A stretch of 64,000 bases of DNA from a virus: the IMG/VR virus record IMGVR_UViG_3300045988_154140, positions 1 through 64,000 of that record; one strand, 5' to 3'. Below the pieces are notes generated by a model. That model was not told where the DNA came from, ran no database searches, and worked only from the letters and a program-made list of their open reading frames with translations. Every line of letters begins with the position of its first letter. Position 1 is the first letter of the stretch. The translations under genes and the position numbers were made by a program. Shown one piece after another: positions 37,038-45,600 of this stretch.

Positions 37038-37715
37038 TTAGAATGGTATAGGGCCTTCAAAATCCGTATGGTCTGCGTTCCATGTGAGGTTCATCATCTC
37101 GTTATGGACAAACTCATACAACTTATCTCCAGGCAGAGTGCTCGGCTTGGTAGTGCCGTACAGATGGTTGCAGCGTGCGCTTATGGTACGCGACAGCTGT
37201 AATGCTTGGGGAGTCTCCATTTCCACACCAAGCTGCGCTCTCAGCTCCACAAGCTTCTGACGGAACTCAGCGGCTGTCATGGTAGGCACAGTAGGCTGTG
37301 GTGCGGGCTCTGGCTGTGGCACTGGCGCGGTTTCGGGCTTTGGCTCTGGCTTGTTCTCCTCTCCTTCAGCAAAGGGCAGGTCGGACTGCTCCTGCTCGGT
37401 CTGCGGGGCTTCACCTTTTCCCTCGCTATCAGCGGGGGACTCGGCAGACAGGGCTGGCTCGGCCTCCTTCCTCTCCGTCTTAGTGCTCTTACGTGGCTTG
37501 CGTGCCTTGGGCTGAACCACTAAGGGCTTCTCTTCTACGGGTGCAACAGCTTCCGCGCTCACCTCTTCAAGAGCATCGCCCTCAGCCGCTGGCTCGCTCG
37601 TCACGTCTTCACTGCTAAGATGGTTCAACAGACAGCGCGACATGGCTGTCATCGCGCCTTCAAGCATGCGGCAGTCCAATTCCTGCCCAGTGCTAAATTC
37701 GAGTGTAATCTTCAT
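37038..37715 (-). CDS. hypothetical acidic/Pro-rich protein
   Basis: 225-aa ORF with a central E/P/A low-complexity linker between two folded ends. Confidence 0.6.
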   Translation of the reverse strand: MKITLEFSTGQELDCRMLEGAMTAMSRCLLNHLSSEDVTSEPAAEGDALEEVSAEAVAPVEEKPLVVQPKARKPRKSTKTERKEAEPALSAESPADSEGKGEAPQTEQEQSDLPFAEGEENKPEPKPETAPVPQPEPAPQPTVPTMTAAEFRQKLVELRAQLGVEMETPQALQLSRTISARCNHLYGTTKPSTLPGDKLYEFVHNEMMNLTWNADHTDFEGPIPF

Positions 37716-37733
37716 TTTAAGTAGTATTATGGA

Positions 37734-37931
37734 TTATAAGCAAAACTTGCGGTAGCGTATAAGAGCGGCGCCAAGGAACAGCATGTGGCCTTTCGGGCTG
37801 GTAAGGAAATCTACTATACCACTCCTGGCATCCTTACGCAGCGTGTTGGCACTTATGCCCAACAACTCAGCGGCTTCTCCTATCCTGTAGGACATATCCG
37901 CGTCTATCTCGTGGTATTCCCTCCGTCTCAT
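37734..37931 (-). CDS. MerR/excisionase-type HTH protein
   Basis: YRIGEAAELLGISANTLRKDARSG. Confidence 0.55.
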   Translation of the reverse strand: MRRREYHEIDADMSYRIGEAAELLGISANTLRKDARSGIVDFLTSPKGHMLFLGAALIRYRKFCL

Positions 37932-38161
37932 AAGCCCTCCTTCTGTATGTAGTAGTCGGCTACTTCTGAGCGTGTAGCCATTCGGCCTATGCTGTCACTC
38001 ACATGCTGCTTGATAGCGAAATAGGTATTCTCGTCCATACCGCGCAACACGTATTCCCTGCGGTCGCACCGCTGCTCAAGCGTTCCGACCACTCCAAGGA
38101 GGAATACCAGCACCACGACTCCCAGTGTCGTAGTGATAAAATTCTTTGTTCTCTTATTCAT
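37928..38161 (-). CDS. small membrane protein
   Basis: 77 aa with one TM (FITTTLGVVVLVFLLGVVG). Confidence 0.5.
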   Translation of the reverse strand: MNKRTKNFITTTLGVVVLVFLLGVVGTLEQRCDRREYVLRGMDENTYFAIKQHVSDSIGRMATRSEVADYYIQKEGL

Positions 38162-38181
38162 ATCTTGATTCTTTTAAGTTG

Positions 38182-38391
38182 TTAATCCTCGTAGATTTTC
38201 ACATGCACCTTCAGATTGAGTTTCTTGAACTCCTCGCTGATGCAGTTGGCAAGCTCGGGCTTTCTCGTCTTCACCCGAATGAAATCCTTGCTGTAGTAAA
38301 AGGCCAGGTGCATCTCCATCAGCACGGCAGTGGCCTTAACGAGGCTGTCCCTTCTACCCCGCCCATAAACCAGCTTCACCGACTGCTTCAT
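38182..38391 (-). CDS. hypothetical protein
   Basis: 69-aa ORF with 4-nt overlap onto the upstream gene. Confidence 0.5.
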   Translation of the reverse strand: MKQSVKLVYGRGRRDSLVKATAVLMEMHLAFYYSKDFIRVKTRKPELANCISEEFKKLNLKVHVKIYED

Positions 38392-38624
38392 TCGTCCTCC
38401 TTCTTGTCTGGGTTCTCAATGCCAAGCATCTCACAAGCCTTCTCGCGGATGGCAAGGAAGTTGCCAAGATAGGGGCTGAACTCGCTGAACTCCCCAGCAA
38501 TCGCTCTCGATACCGTCATTCGGCTGTAGGGCTTGCCAATCTCGCGTGCCAAGGCAGTGATGAAGCCGTAGGGCTTCACAGGAATTGCCTGGTAACGCTT
38601 TCTCTTAGTCCTCTCTTCTGTCAT
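38388..38624 (-). CDS. Cro-like early HTH regulator
   Basis: First gene of the leftward operon, divergent from the repressor; GFITALAREIGKPYSRMTVSRAIAG. Confidence 0.55.
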   Translation of the reverse strand: MTEERTKRKRYQAIPVKPYGFITALAREIGKPYSRMTVSRAIAGEFSEFSPYLGNFLAIREKACEMLGIENPDKKEDE

Positions 38625-38641
38625 ATCACATCTTCAATTAA

Positions 38642-38736
38642 GAAGAGCCAGCCGCGCGTACCAGAGTATTAAATCTAAAAGGTGATACGCCAAAACTAGT
38701 CTATTAACAAGCATTCTTGCACGGCCAGCTCTTCTA
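38642..38736. promoter_or_regulatory. 14-bp inverted repeat bracketing the leftward promoter (candidate operator pair)
   Basis: AGAAGAGCCAGCCG (38642-38655) versus CGGCCAGCTCTTCT (38723-38736), 12/14 complementary. Confidence 0.45.
38692..38699 (-). promoter_or_regulatory. Bacteroides-type -7 box (early leftward promoter)
   Basis: Reverse complement reads TAGTTTTG = TAnnTTTG, 67 nt upstream of the cro-like ATG. Confidence 0.45.
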
Positions 38737-38740
38737 TATT

Positions 38741-38806
38741 TTTTTCTTATCTTTTACTATCTTTTATCGTCTTTTCTTATCTTTTATCAACTTTTACTAT
38801 CTTCTG
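38741..38806. repeat. Phased T-tract array 1 (exact 10-bp period, 7 tracts)
   Basis: TTTTTTCTTA TCTTTTACTA TCTTTTATCG TCTTTTCTTA TCTTTTATCA ACTTTTACTA TCTTCT. Confidence 0.85.
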
Positions 38807-38977
38807 TATCTCAAAAAGTTGGCTACGCAGGAACACTCATAATAAAAAAAAGCTACCAACAATTTAGTTAAATGAAAAATTCACCTGCGCAACCAAACTT
38901 TTTTAATACCTTTGTCGAACCAACGATTTATAAAGATGAGAAGTTATAAGAACAAGCACTCGTATATACAAGTGCAA

Positions 38978-39157
38978 TTAACTATTCGTACCCGATACGT
39001 ACAACTCCGAGTTCGTTCCTTCATCTGTCTCAGGAGGATCCTGCTCTTCGTGTAGTCGGTCACCATATTCATGCGGGAGATTCTGTCCAGCCTTTAGGCG
39101 GTCTCCCTCATATCTCCGCGAGATGTTTTGCTCCTCGTGTGGCCTGTTCTCCATCAT
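38978..39157 (-). CDS. possible 59-aa ORF in switch region
   Basis: MMENRPHEEQNISRRYEGDRLKAGQNLPHEYGDRLHEEQDPPE... with an internal repeat; just below the ORF-track cutoff. Coding status uncertain. Confidence 0.25.
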   Translation of the reverse strand: MMENRPHEEQNISRRYEGDRLKAGQNLPHEYGDRLHEEQDPPETDEGTNSELYVSGTNS

Positions 39158-39159
39158 AT

Positions 39160-39227
39160 CTTTTTCCTATCTTTTATTAACTTTTATCCGTTTTTATCAT
39201 GTTTTACCATCTTTTTCCTTAACTTTG
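39160..39227. repeat. Phased T-tract array 2 (10-bp period, 7 tracts)
   Basis: CTTTTTCCTAT CTTTTATTAA CTTTTATCCG TTTTTATCAT GTTTTACCAT CTTTTTCCTT AACTTTG. Confidence 0.85.
39220..39227 (+). promoter_or_regulatory. Bacteroides-type -7 box (repressor operon promoter)
   Basis: TAACTTTG = TAnnTTTG. Followed by hairpin GCGGCA-N17-TGCCGC (39236-39264) in the leader. Confidence 0.45.
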
Positions 39228-39355
39228 CGGTTGAGGCGGCAGATGTCTGAGCAACTGATGCCGCAAAGATAAATACTTTCATAGGAACAATACAAATGTT
39301 TTCATGGATTTTACGAGTTAATTAACAAGTTTTAACTTTACGCGTCAATACTTCT

Positions 39356-39736
39356 ATGACTGGAAAGGAATTAAAGGACAAACTATCTACTTGCGGTATT
39401 TCGCAAGCGGAAATCGCAAGGCGATTAGGAATGTCAACTCAAAGTATGTCGCAAGCGCTTAATGTTGCGGACATAAAAACAGGCTTTCTTGAGAAGATTG
39501 CAAACGTTCTTGGTGTGCCTATGTCAAGGTTTTACCCAAACGATGCCGCTACCATCACCAACGAGAGTAGCGAGCTACACGTGCGCAACAATAGCGGCGT
39601 TGTATCGGGTACAAACAATGGCAGCATCAGCGCAGTGCAGGACGCGCAGAGACTTGTAGAGATACTGGTCGAGGCAAATGCCAAGAAAGACCAACAGATA
39701 GATAAACTGATAGCCTTACTATCTAAACAACAATAA
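39356..39736 (+). CDS. XRE-family HTH repressor (CI-like)
   Basis: ISQAEIARRLGMSTQSMSQALN; divergent from the early operon; first gene of the integrase-side operon. Confidence 0.75.
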   Translation: MTGKELKDKLSTCGISQAEIARRLGMSTQSMSQALNVADIKTGFLEKIANVLGVPMSRFYPNDAATITNESSELHVRNNSGVVSGTNNGSISAVQDAQRLVEILVEANAKKDQQIDKLIALLSKQQ

Positions 39737-39738
39737 CT

Positions 39739-40137
39739 ATGGAAGCGAAGTTTTATATCATCTTCGGTACGTTCTTCCTGCTGTCCGTACTGCTTATGAT
39801 ACACGTCAACTCACGCCTTATGCGACATGCCGACAAGCGCCTGGAGTCCGTGCATAAGATGGTGGACAGAATGGCAGGAAGTGCCGACAAACTCGCAGAG
39901 AGCATCTGCCGCATGAAGGACATCATATCTGAGATGAAGGAGGAGGACAACAGCCGTATCAAGCAGCTCATCAAAAACCGCGATGACTTCCGAGAGGCCT
40001 ACAACAAGCTGCTTCAGACCTACAAGGTGGAGAGGACGAAGAAGGAAGAACTCTACAACTCCTACATCACCGCCCTCAAAGACCTTGCCTCCCGACCGAC
40101 AATAAATAACACGCACAGCACAACGGAGATAGTATAA
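39739..40137 (+). CDS. membrane-anchored coiled-coil protein
   Basis: N-terminal TM YIIFGTFFLLSVLLMI followed by a K/E coiled coil; ATG is 2 nt after the repressor stop. Confidence 0.6.
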   Translation: MEAKFYIIFGTFFLLSVLLMIHVNSRLMRHADKRLESVHKMVDRMAGSADKLAESICRMKDIISEMKEEDNSRIKQLIKNRDDFREAYNKLLQTYKVERTKKEELYNSYITALKDLASRPTINNTHSTTEIV

Positions 40138-40139
40138 AA

Positions 40140-40394
40140 ATGTCTAACTTTGCAGAGAAGCGTATGAGACGGGAGAAACAGGAGAAGCATGACAGCGAAC
40201 GCAGGACAGCCCTGAGCAAGTTCCTCTACAACCTTGCCCTGGCCTGCTTCACCATAATGGTTCTGAGTAACGATGCCCCGCTCATCAACGAAGACACCAA
40301 AGAGTACAACACCTATAACGCGATTGCTATAGCAATGGGGTTAGTCTCCACAATAGTACTCGCGTATTTGGCAAACAATATAATGCGTAAATAA
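40140..40394 (+). CDS. two-TM membrane protein
   Basis: LALACFTIMVL and AIAIAMGLVSTIVLAYL; ATG is 2 nt after the previous stop. Confidence 0.6.
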   Translation: MSNFAEKRMRREKQEKHDSERRTALSKFLYNLALACFTIMVLSNDAPLINEDTKEYNTYNAIAIAMGLVSTIVLAYLANNIMRK

Positions 40395-40395
40395 C

Positions 40396-40494
40396 ATGGC
40401 ACTATTCACCTACACACTCATCACCGTTATAGGCATAGCCTTCGCGATTTGGCTCCACACAAAGAGCGGAAAGAGATGGCTGGACAACCTATAG
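40396..40494 (+). CDS. 32-aa single-TM micropeptide
   Basis: MALFTYTLITVIGIAFAIWLHTKSGKRWLDNL; ATG is 1 nt after the previous stop. Too short to appear in the ORF track. Confidence 0.45.
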   Translation: MALFTYTLITVIGIAFAIWLHTKSGKRWLDNL

Positions 40495-40527
40495 CCCTCA
40501 GTATTGGTAAACGGAAATAGCATAAAT

Positions 40528-41049
40528 ATGAAGAAGCTGCTTATCATTATAATGGTGCTCACCATGAGCATCAGCCTACACGCACAGCAATTTGCGGGTG
40601 TGTCATTTGGCATGCCCTACGACAAATGCAAAATCATCCTGGACAGAAGGTTCAATGATGGAGTGGAAAGCGAGCAACTTGAAAAAGGCCTCCTCATATA
40701 CCCAGATGTAAACTTCGCGGGTAGATATTTTAGCGCTGCGGCTTTCTTTTTCAAACAAACAACAGTTGGCCGTTGTTTACATTGTGCATCCTTCACATGC
40801 GCAATGGGCAGCGCGAATAAAGAAGGAAACCTACGTAAGGCGCGGCAAGGGCTAAACGAACTTTACGAAAAATATGTAGCAAAAAAGCCAAACTACTACC
40901 CCATCAAAGAAAACGATGGGTCATTTACAATGTATGACGAGGAGGACAATCCGCAGATCGAGGGCTGTATAATGAGGAGTGACGGCAAGATATACTTGGT
41001 TCTTAGCTATGGCCCCGTAAAGATTGCAGGAGAAGATGACGACATATAG
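40528..41049 (+). CDS. secreted protein (signal peptide)
   Basis: Trimmed to MKKLLIIIMVLTMSISLHAQQ (cleavable-signal-like). Confidence 0.65.
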   Translation: MKKLLIIIMVLTMSISLHAQQFAGVSFGMPYDKCKIILDRRFNDGVESEQLEKGLLIYPDVNFAGRYFSAAAFFFKQTTVGRCLHCASFTCAMGSANKEGNLRKARQGLNELYEKYVAKKPNYYPIKENDGSFTMYDEEDNPQIEGCIMRSDGKIYLVLSYGPVKIAGEDDDI

Positions 41050-41138
41050 ACACGTGCGCAAAAAGCAAAACAATGCTCAAAACCGTGCAACAACGAAATT
41101 AGAATAATCACATAAAGAGTTATATAACAAAGAGTTAC

Positions 41139-41157
41139 AAGGTGTTATGCACACCTT
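41139..41157 (+). terminator. hairpin after the lysogeny-side operon
   Basis: AAGGTGT-TATGC-ACACCTT followed by TGT; weak T-tail. Confidence 0.35.
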
Positions 41158-41256
41158 TGTAGCGGGACTGTATGCCAAAAGCGGCAACAAACTTAAAAAC
41201 TCACTGAGCAGCAGCACAATGCGCACACAACAGCATAAACCTCAATAAGATAAAGA

Positions 41257-41296
41257 ATGAGAAAACATAATAAAAGATGAGAAAACATAATAAAAG
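41257..41296. repeat. 20-bp perfect tandem repeat x2 (10-bp phased A-tracts) upstream of int
   Basis: ATGAGAAAACATAATAAAAG x2. It contains ATAAAAGAT, the reverse complement of the ATCTTTTAT seen in the switch arrays. Confidence 0.85.
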
Positions 41297-41389
41297 ATAG
41301 CAATAAATCCATGCGCTATTGCACGAAAATTGGGGTAAACCGTGCTCAAAACCGTGCATAAATACATGCTCATTTTCTTATACCTTGAT

Positions 41390-42622
41390 ATGGCAACCAT
41401 AAAACTATACTTAGACGCAAGAGTGATTAACAAGAATGGCAGCGCGCCGTTAAAGTTAGCCGTGAGAAATAAGAACGAAGTAGCGTATCTCTCACTCGGA
41501 ATTAGTGTGCCTCCCTCATGCTGGAAGAATGGAAAAGTATATGCGGGGAAAGATGCTCCACGCCTTACGCATCCACCCAAAATATTAAACCAAAGGATTG
41601 CCAACATATTGGCAAAATGCGAACTTGCGTTTGAAAAGGAGTGTGGGCTTCGCACAAACATCAGTGCAAGAGTACTGCGTGACAAGATACTAATCCTGCT
41701 AAAGGGAGAAGAGCAACCCGAAGAGATACGTACACTGGAAAGCCTGTTCAAAGAGGTTGCCGATAACTCTGGCTCTACCGAAAAAACAAAGCGAAGATAT
41801 ATGACCGCATACAAGAAGCTTCTTTCCCTCATTCCAGGCACTAAAGCAATGCCACCCGACCTTGTGGACACTAAATATGTGGAAAAGTTCTATGAGGGAA
41901 TGCGCAAAGAGGGGCTACGTGACACGACCATCTCGCTATATCTGCAACAGCTGCGAACGGTGTATAACTATGCAGTCCAAAAAAGGTTATGCCACCCAAC
42001 CGAAAACCCATTCAAAAGCAAGAAGTTGAAGACAAGTTATTCCGTTGTCCACCGAAACATCCTTATCGATGATTTCCGTATAATATGGAATACACGCGTG
42101 CGGGACCTTAATATATCAAGACCAACATCCGTGGCAAAGGTGGCTATGGCGCTTGACATCTTCAAGCTCATGTTTTGTTTGTGTGGGCTAAATCTAAAAG
42201 ACCTTGTTAGACTTACAGACAAAGACATAATCAATGGCCGCATCGAAACGTACAGAGCAAAGACCAATACGCGCATATCAATTAAACTGGAGCCAGAGGC
42301 TCTTGAGCTGATAAAAAGACTGCGCAAAGGAGAGCGACTTATCGGTAAGGCCTTAAGCCACAAATCGTATGACTCATTTATTGGATTGATGAATAAAAGG
42401 CTGTCTCTTATAAGTCCAGAGCTGACCACCTACTACGCGAGGCACACATGGGCTACGCTGGCCTTCGACCTCGACATACCAGACCACGTTATAGCAATGG
42501 GGCTGTCGCATTCCTATCAGACGAGGAACGCAAACATGTTTTATATCAACAACGACTACAAGAAGCTGGATGTGGCAAACAGGAAGATACTGGACTATGT
42601 GAAGGGCGAGATAGAACTGTAG
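41390..42622 (+). CDS. int: Tyrosine recombinase (phage integrase)
   Basis: MATIKLYLDARV start is typical of Bacteroidota integrases. C-terminal ARHTWATLAF, GLSH and a Y-containing tail. ORF-track start trimmed. Confidence 0.85.
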   Translation: MATIKLYLDARVINKNGSAPLKLAVRNKNEVAYLSLGISVPPSCWKNGKVYAGKDAPRLTHPPKILNQRIANILAKCELAFEKECGLRTNISARVLRDKILILLKGEEQPEEIRTLESLFKEVADNSGSTEKTKRRYMTAYKKLLSLIPGTKAMPPDLVDTKYVEKFYEGMRKEGLRDTTISLYLQQLRTVYNYAVQKRLCHPTENPFKSKKLKTSYSVVHRNILIDDFRIIWNTRVRDLNISRPTSVAKVAMALDIFKLMFCLCGLNLKDLVRLTDKDIINGRIETYRAKTNTRISIKLEPEALELIKRLRKGERLIGKALSHKSYDSFIGLMNKRLSLISPELTTYYARHTWATLAFDLDIPDHVIAMGLSHSYQTRNANMFYINNDYKKLDVANRKILDYVKGEIEL

Positions 42623-42639
42623 CCTATCCCGCCCTACTG

Positions 42640-45600
42640 TCAGTGCATCTTGTCACCGAAGCGCTCCACGTACTGAAGAACAACACCGTTCAGCGCGTCC
42701 AGCTCGTTGAAGTTAGTGACCACAAGTATGCGATACCACTTCGCCGAGAAAGCCTTGAGCGAGGTGAGCCTATACCAGTTCACACGGTCATTGCTTGCGA
42801 AGACTGCCACACGCAGCACGCTCGTTGCACTTGTCTTCTGCGCGAGCGTGCGTAGGTCATATATCATCTTACGCGCAGTCGGGTCATCCAAGGACAGCGG
42901 CCTTGTGAGTGCGTAGCCTATGCTGTGCTCCTCCAGCTGCTTCTGCGTGCTCGTAACGTCCTCATACCCGTAGAGTGTAGCATCACCACCCTGCATAAGC
43001 ATGCTTGGGTAGTCAGACACGATGCTTGCAACAGAGAAGGGAAGCGTCTGCATTGCCCACTCACCCGACTTCACATCCATCACGTAGTGCCACTTCTCAC
43101 CGTCTATGAACACATGCAGGAGATTACGTGGGTAGTCGTAGGCTATACGTGCTGTCTGCAACCGCTCCACAAACACCTTCTCATCCTGTACTGAGGGTGC
43201 CGTACCGCTGAACTCTGTAGCAATGGACTGCACCGCGGGCTGTATGTCGGGGTTGCTCTCTGATACGTTGAAGCCGTTAAGTTCGTCTCCCACTGACCGC
43301 ACGCCCTGCCCGCTCAGCATCTTCAGACCAGATGCCGTGACGAACGCCACAGAGCCGTCAAGCATGGTGACAGAGGAGACGTTAGTCAACACATCACGGC
43401 TTGTCGGGTTCTTGCAGAGATAGCGCCCCGTATCGGCCACCTCAAGTTCCCAGATGCCATCTGTGCAGAACGCCTGCACAGCATTACGGCCGTAGGTGTT
43501 CTGCGAGAATGCCACAGCCGTTGTGGCAAGCGCGAGGATAGTGCCGTTTCCTACGCTTATACGCTGTGTGGTGGGAAACAGCACTGGATTGTCTGTCTCT
43601 GACACGTACAACTTGTTTGGCAGATGAAGCGAGTTATCTGCCACGCTTGCCGTTGCCTCCTCCTCGGTGCAGGACTCGTAGGCAGGGCTATTGTAGTCAT
43701 TGAACCAATACGCGCCCTCCAGGAACTTGTGGGCAGTAAGAGGCAGCTTGCATTTGTCATAAACGTAGGATCCGTCTCCAAGCGGTGTGCGCGTATAGAC
43801 TACCGCCTCACGCGCATCAGCGTCTGGGTAGAAGAGCCATGCTACATCCAAGCCCGCTATCTCGTCGCCCCAGCCGCTATCCGCATATACAGCCATGCCG
43901 TTCTTGACAAGAGACACCACCACGCGCGCAGCGTGAGTCCAGATGTCCGCTTCCTCATTCCTGCCCCTATCCTCGGCATACCCCGTCATCAGCTCAAGCA
44001 CAGAACCTCCCCAGACGCGCTCTGTCACATCCGCAAGGTGAAGCTTGGAGTTATACGAGAACAAGACAGACGCGGCCAACTTATTGTGGGAGTGGTTATC
44101 GTCCTCAACGCGCTCAAGACTCGGTATGCTGAACAAGTCCTTACCCTCAGTATCTACGGTTGTCCACCCAGCCTTAATCTCCTCAATGGGGTACTCACCT
44201 ATAACGTGGAAGTTACTCTGTTCAACTATATTGCTCCTTGTTGTCTTGTCATCGAAGCGTGGGAGCGCTATCTGCATGAGATACGCACCATCCGACTTAA
44301 ACTCTCCTGAGCGCGCAAGAAGCCCACCGATGGGCTGCTTGAGATAGCCCGCATATTGCGCCTTGGTGACGTAGAACGAACCTTTGCTGAGGTTGCCATA
44401 CATATCTTCCCCACCTACGCAATACGTTCCATCCTCTTCCACCGTGTATGTACGCTTGCTCTCTGCCGTGCTGATGTAGTCCTTGCGCACGATGTTGCCG
44501 TTCGCCTCCTTCTTGAAGATGATAATATCACCTGGTTCACTGCTTCCGTGCGTCAGCACGTCACCTTTGGACAAGTCCAGCATCACGCTGCTGTCATACC
44601 ATCCACCTGCTGACGGGGCTTCGTTAGACACCTCGTAGGTCATTGCCTGGCCAAGCGAGGCTATCTTAGATGCCGTAAATGGGTCATCAGTCAGCCCAGA
44701 AGCATACTCCCCGTCTATGTAGATGGTATTACTCTCCAACTTGGTCTTGTCCTTATCGAACGTATAGCCCTCATTGTAGCGGTAAATGGCAGGAGTGACC
44801 GCCACAACGACGGACTGTATCAAGTCCTTCCAGGCGTTGAGGTTCTGCACGTCAGTATCGGACAGATAGAACTGAAGACGACAGCGGCAACCAAACACAT
44901 TGCTCGGGTATTCGCCTGCATTGGAGCCTTGTACAAGGAAGTAGGGTGCGCACCCTGAGTTAGGGGTGAGCAAGGCTGGGCAGGACAGATGGGTTATCGA
45001 GCCATCGAAGAGACGCAAGCCTACGCGCGCAAAGAAGGGAAGCACGAACTTGCCAGCATCCTTCATCGCATCGGAGAGGAACTTGTTAGCCGCTCCCATG
45101 ATAGCCTGTAGGTTGTCGCTTGTATTGTCGGGCGCAATGCCCGTCTTGCCATCAACGCTGTTGGCGTACACCTTCACGTTACAGAAGAAAGTCTCTCCAT
45201 TGGAATGGCTGGCGTTGCTTCTGTAATAGAGCGCAGAGGTGTTCATTGGTATCTTTATATCCTTATAAGCGTTCTTACGCAGGACGTACTCATACGCAAA
45301 CTGCCCGGAAACGTCAAGACGGATATACACGTCATATTTGGAATAGTTGAAGAACCGATATGTCTTGCCCCTCTGTAGTGTCTCCTTAGCCGCGAGTGTC
45401 TTCTTCTTTCCCTTATAAGACCCGTCCATGCTGTTCCAATAGGCAGGAGCCGCAGGGTCGCTGATGGTAAAATGCAGCGTGCTGTAGTCGGCGATGGAGC
45501 CCGCTGTAACCATCTTCACAATAGTGCTGCCTTGATCAATGTAGAACTCTCCGTCCAAAGCCACCTGTGCATCTATCTCGGGTATAGCGCCACCAAGGTT

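Larger units (their letters stand above)
41074..41358. repeat. 16-bp perfect direct repeat bracketing the int-upstream region
   Basis: TGCTCAAAACCGTGCA at 41074-41089 and 41343-41358. Confidence 0.85.

Noticed and set aside
41242-41871. 209-aa minus-strand ORF overlapping the integrase start
   Set aside because: It is antisense to a well-supported tyrosine recombinase, is Ser/Leu/Phe-rich in shadow-frame fashion, and spans the repeat-rich int-upstream region.
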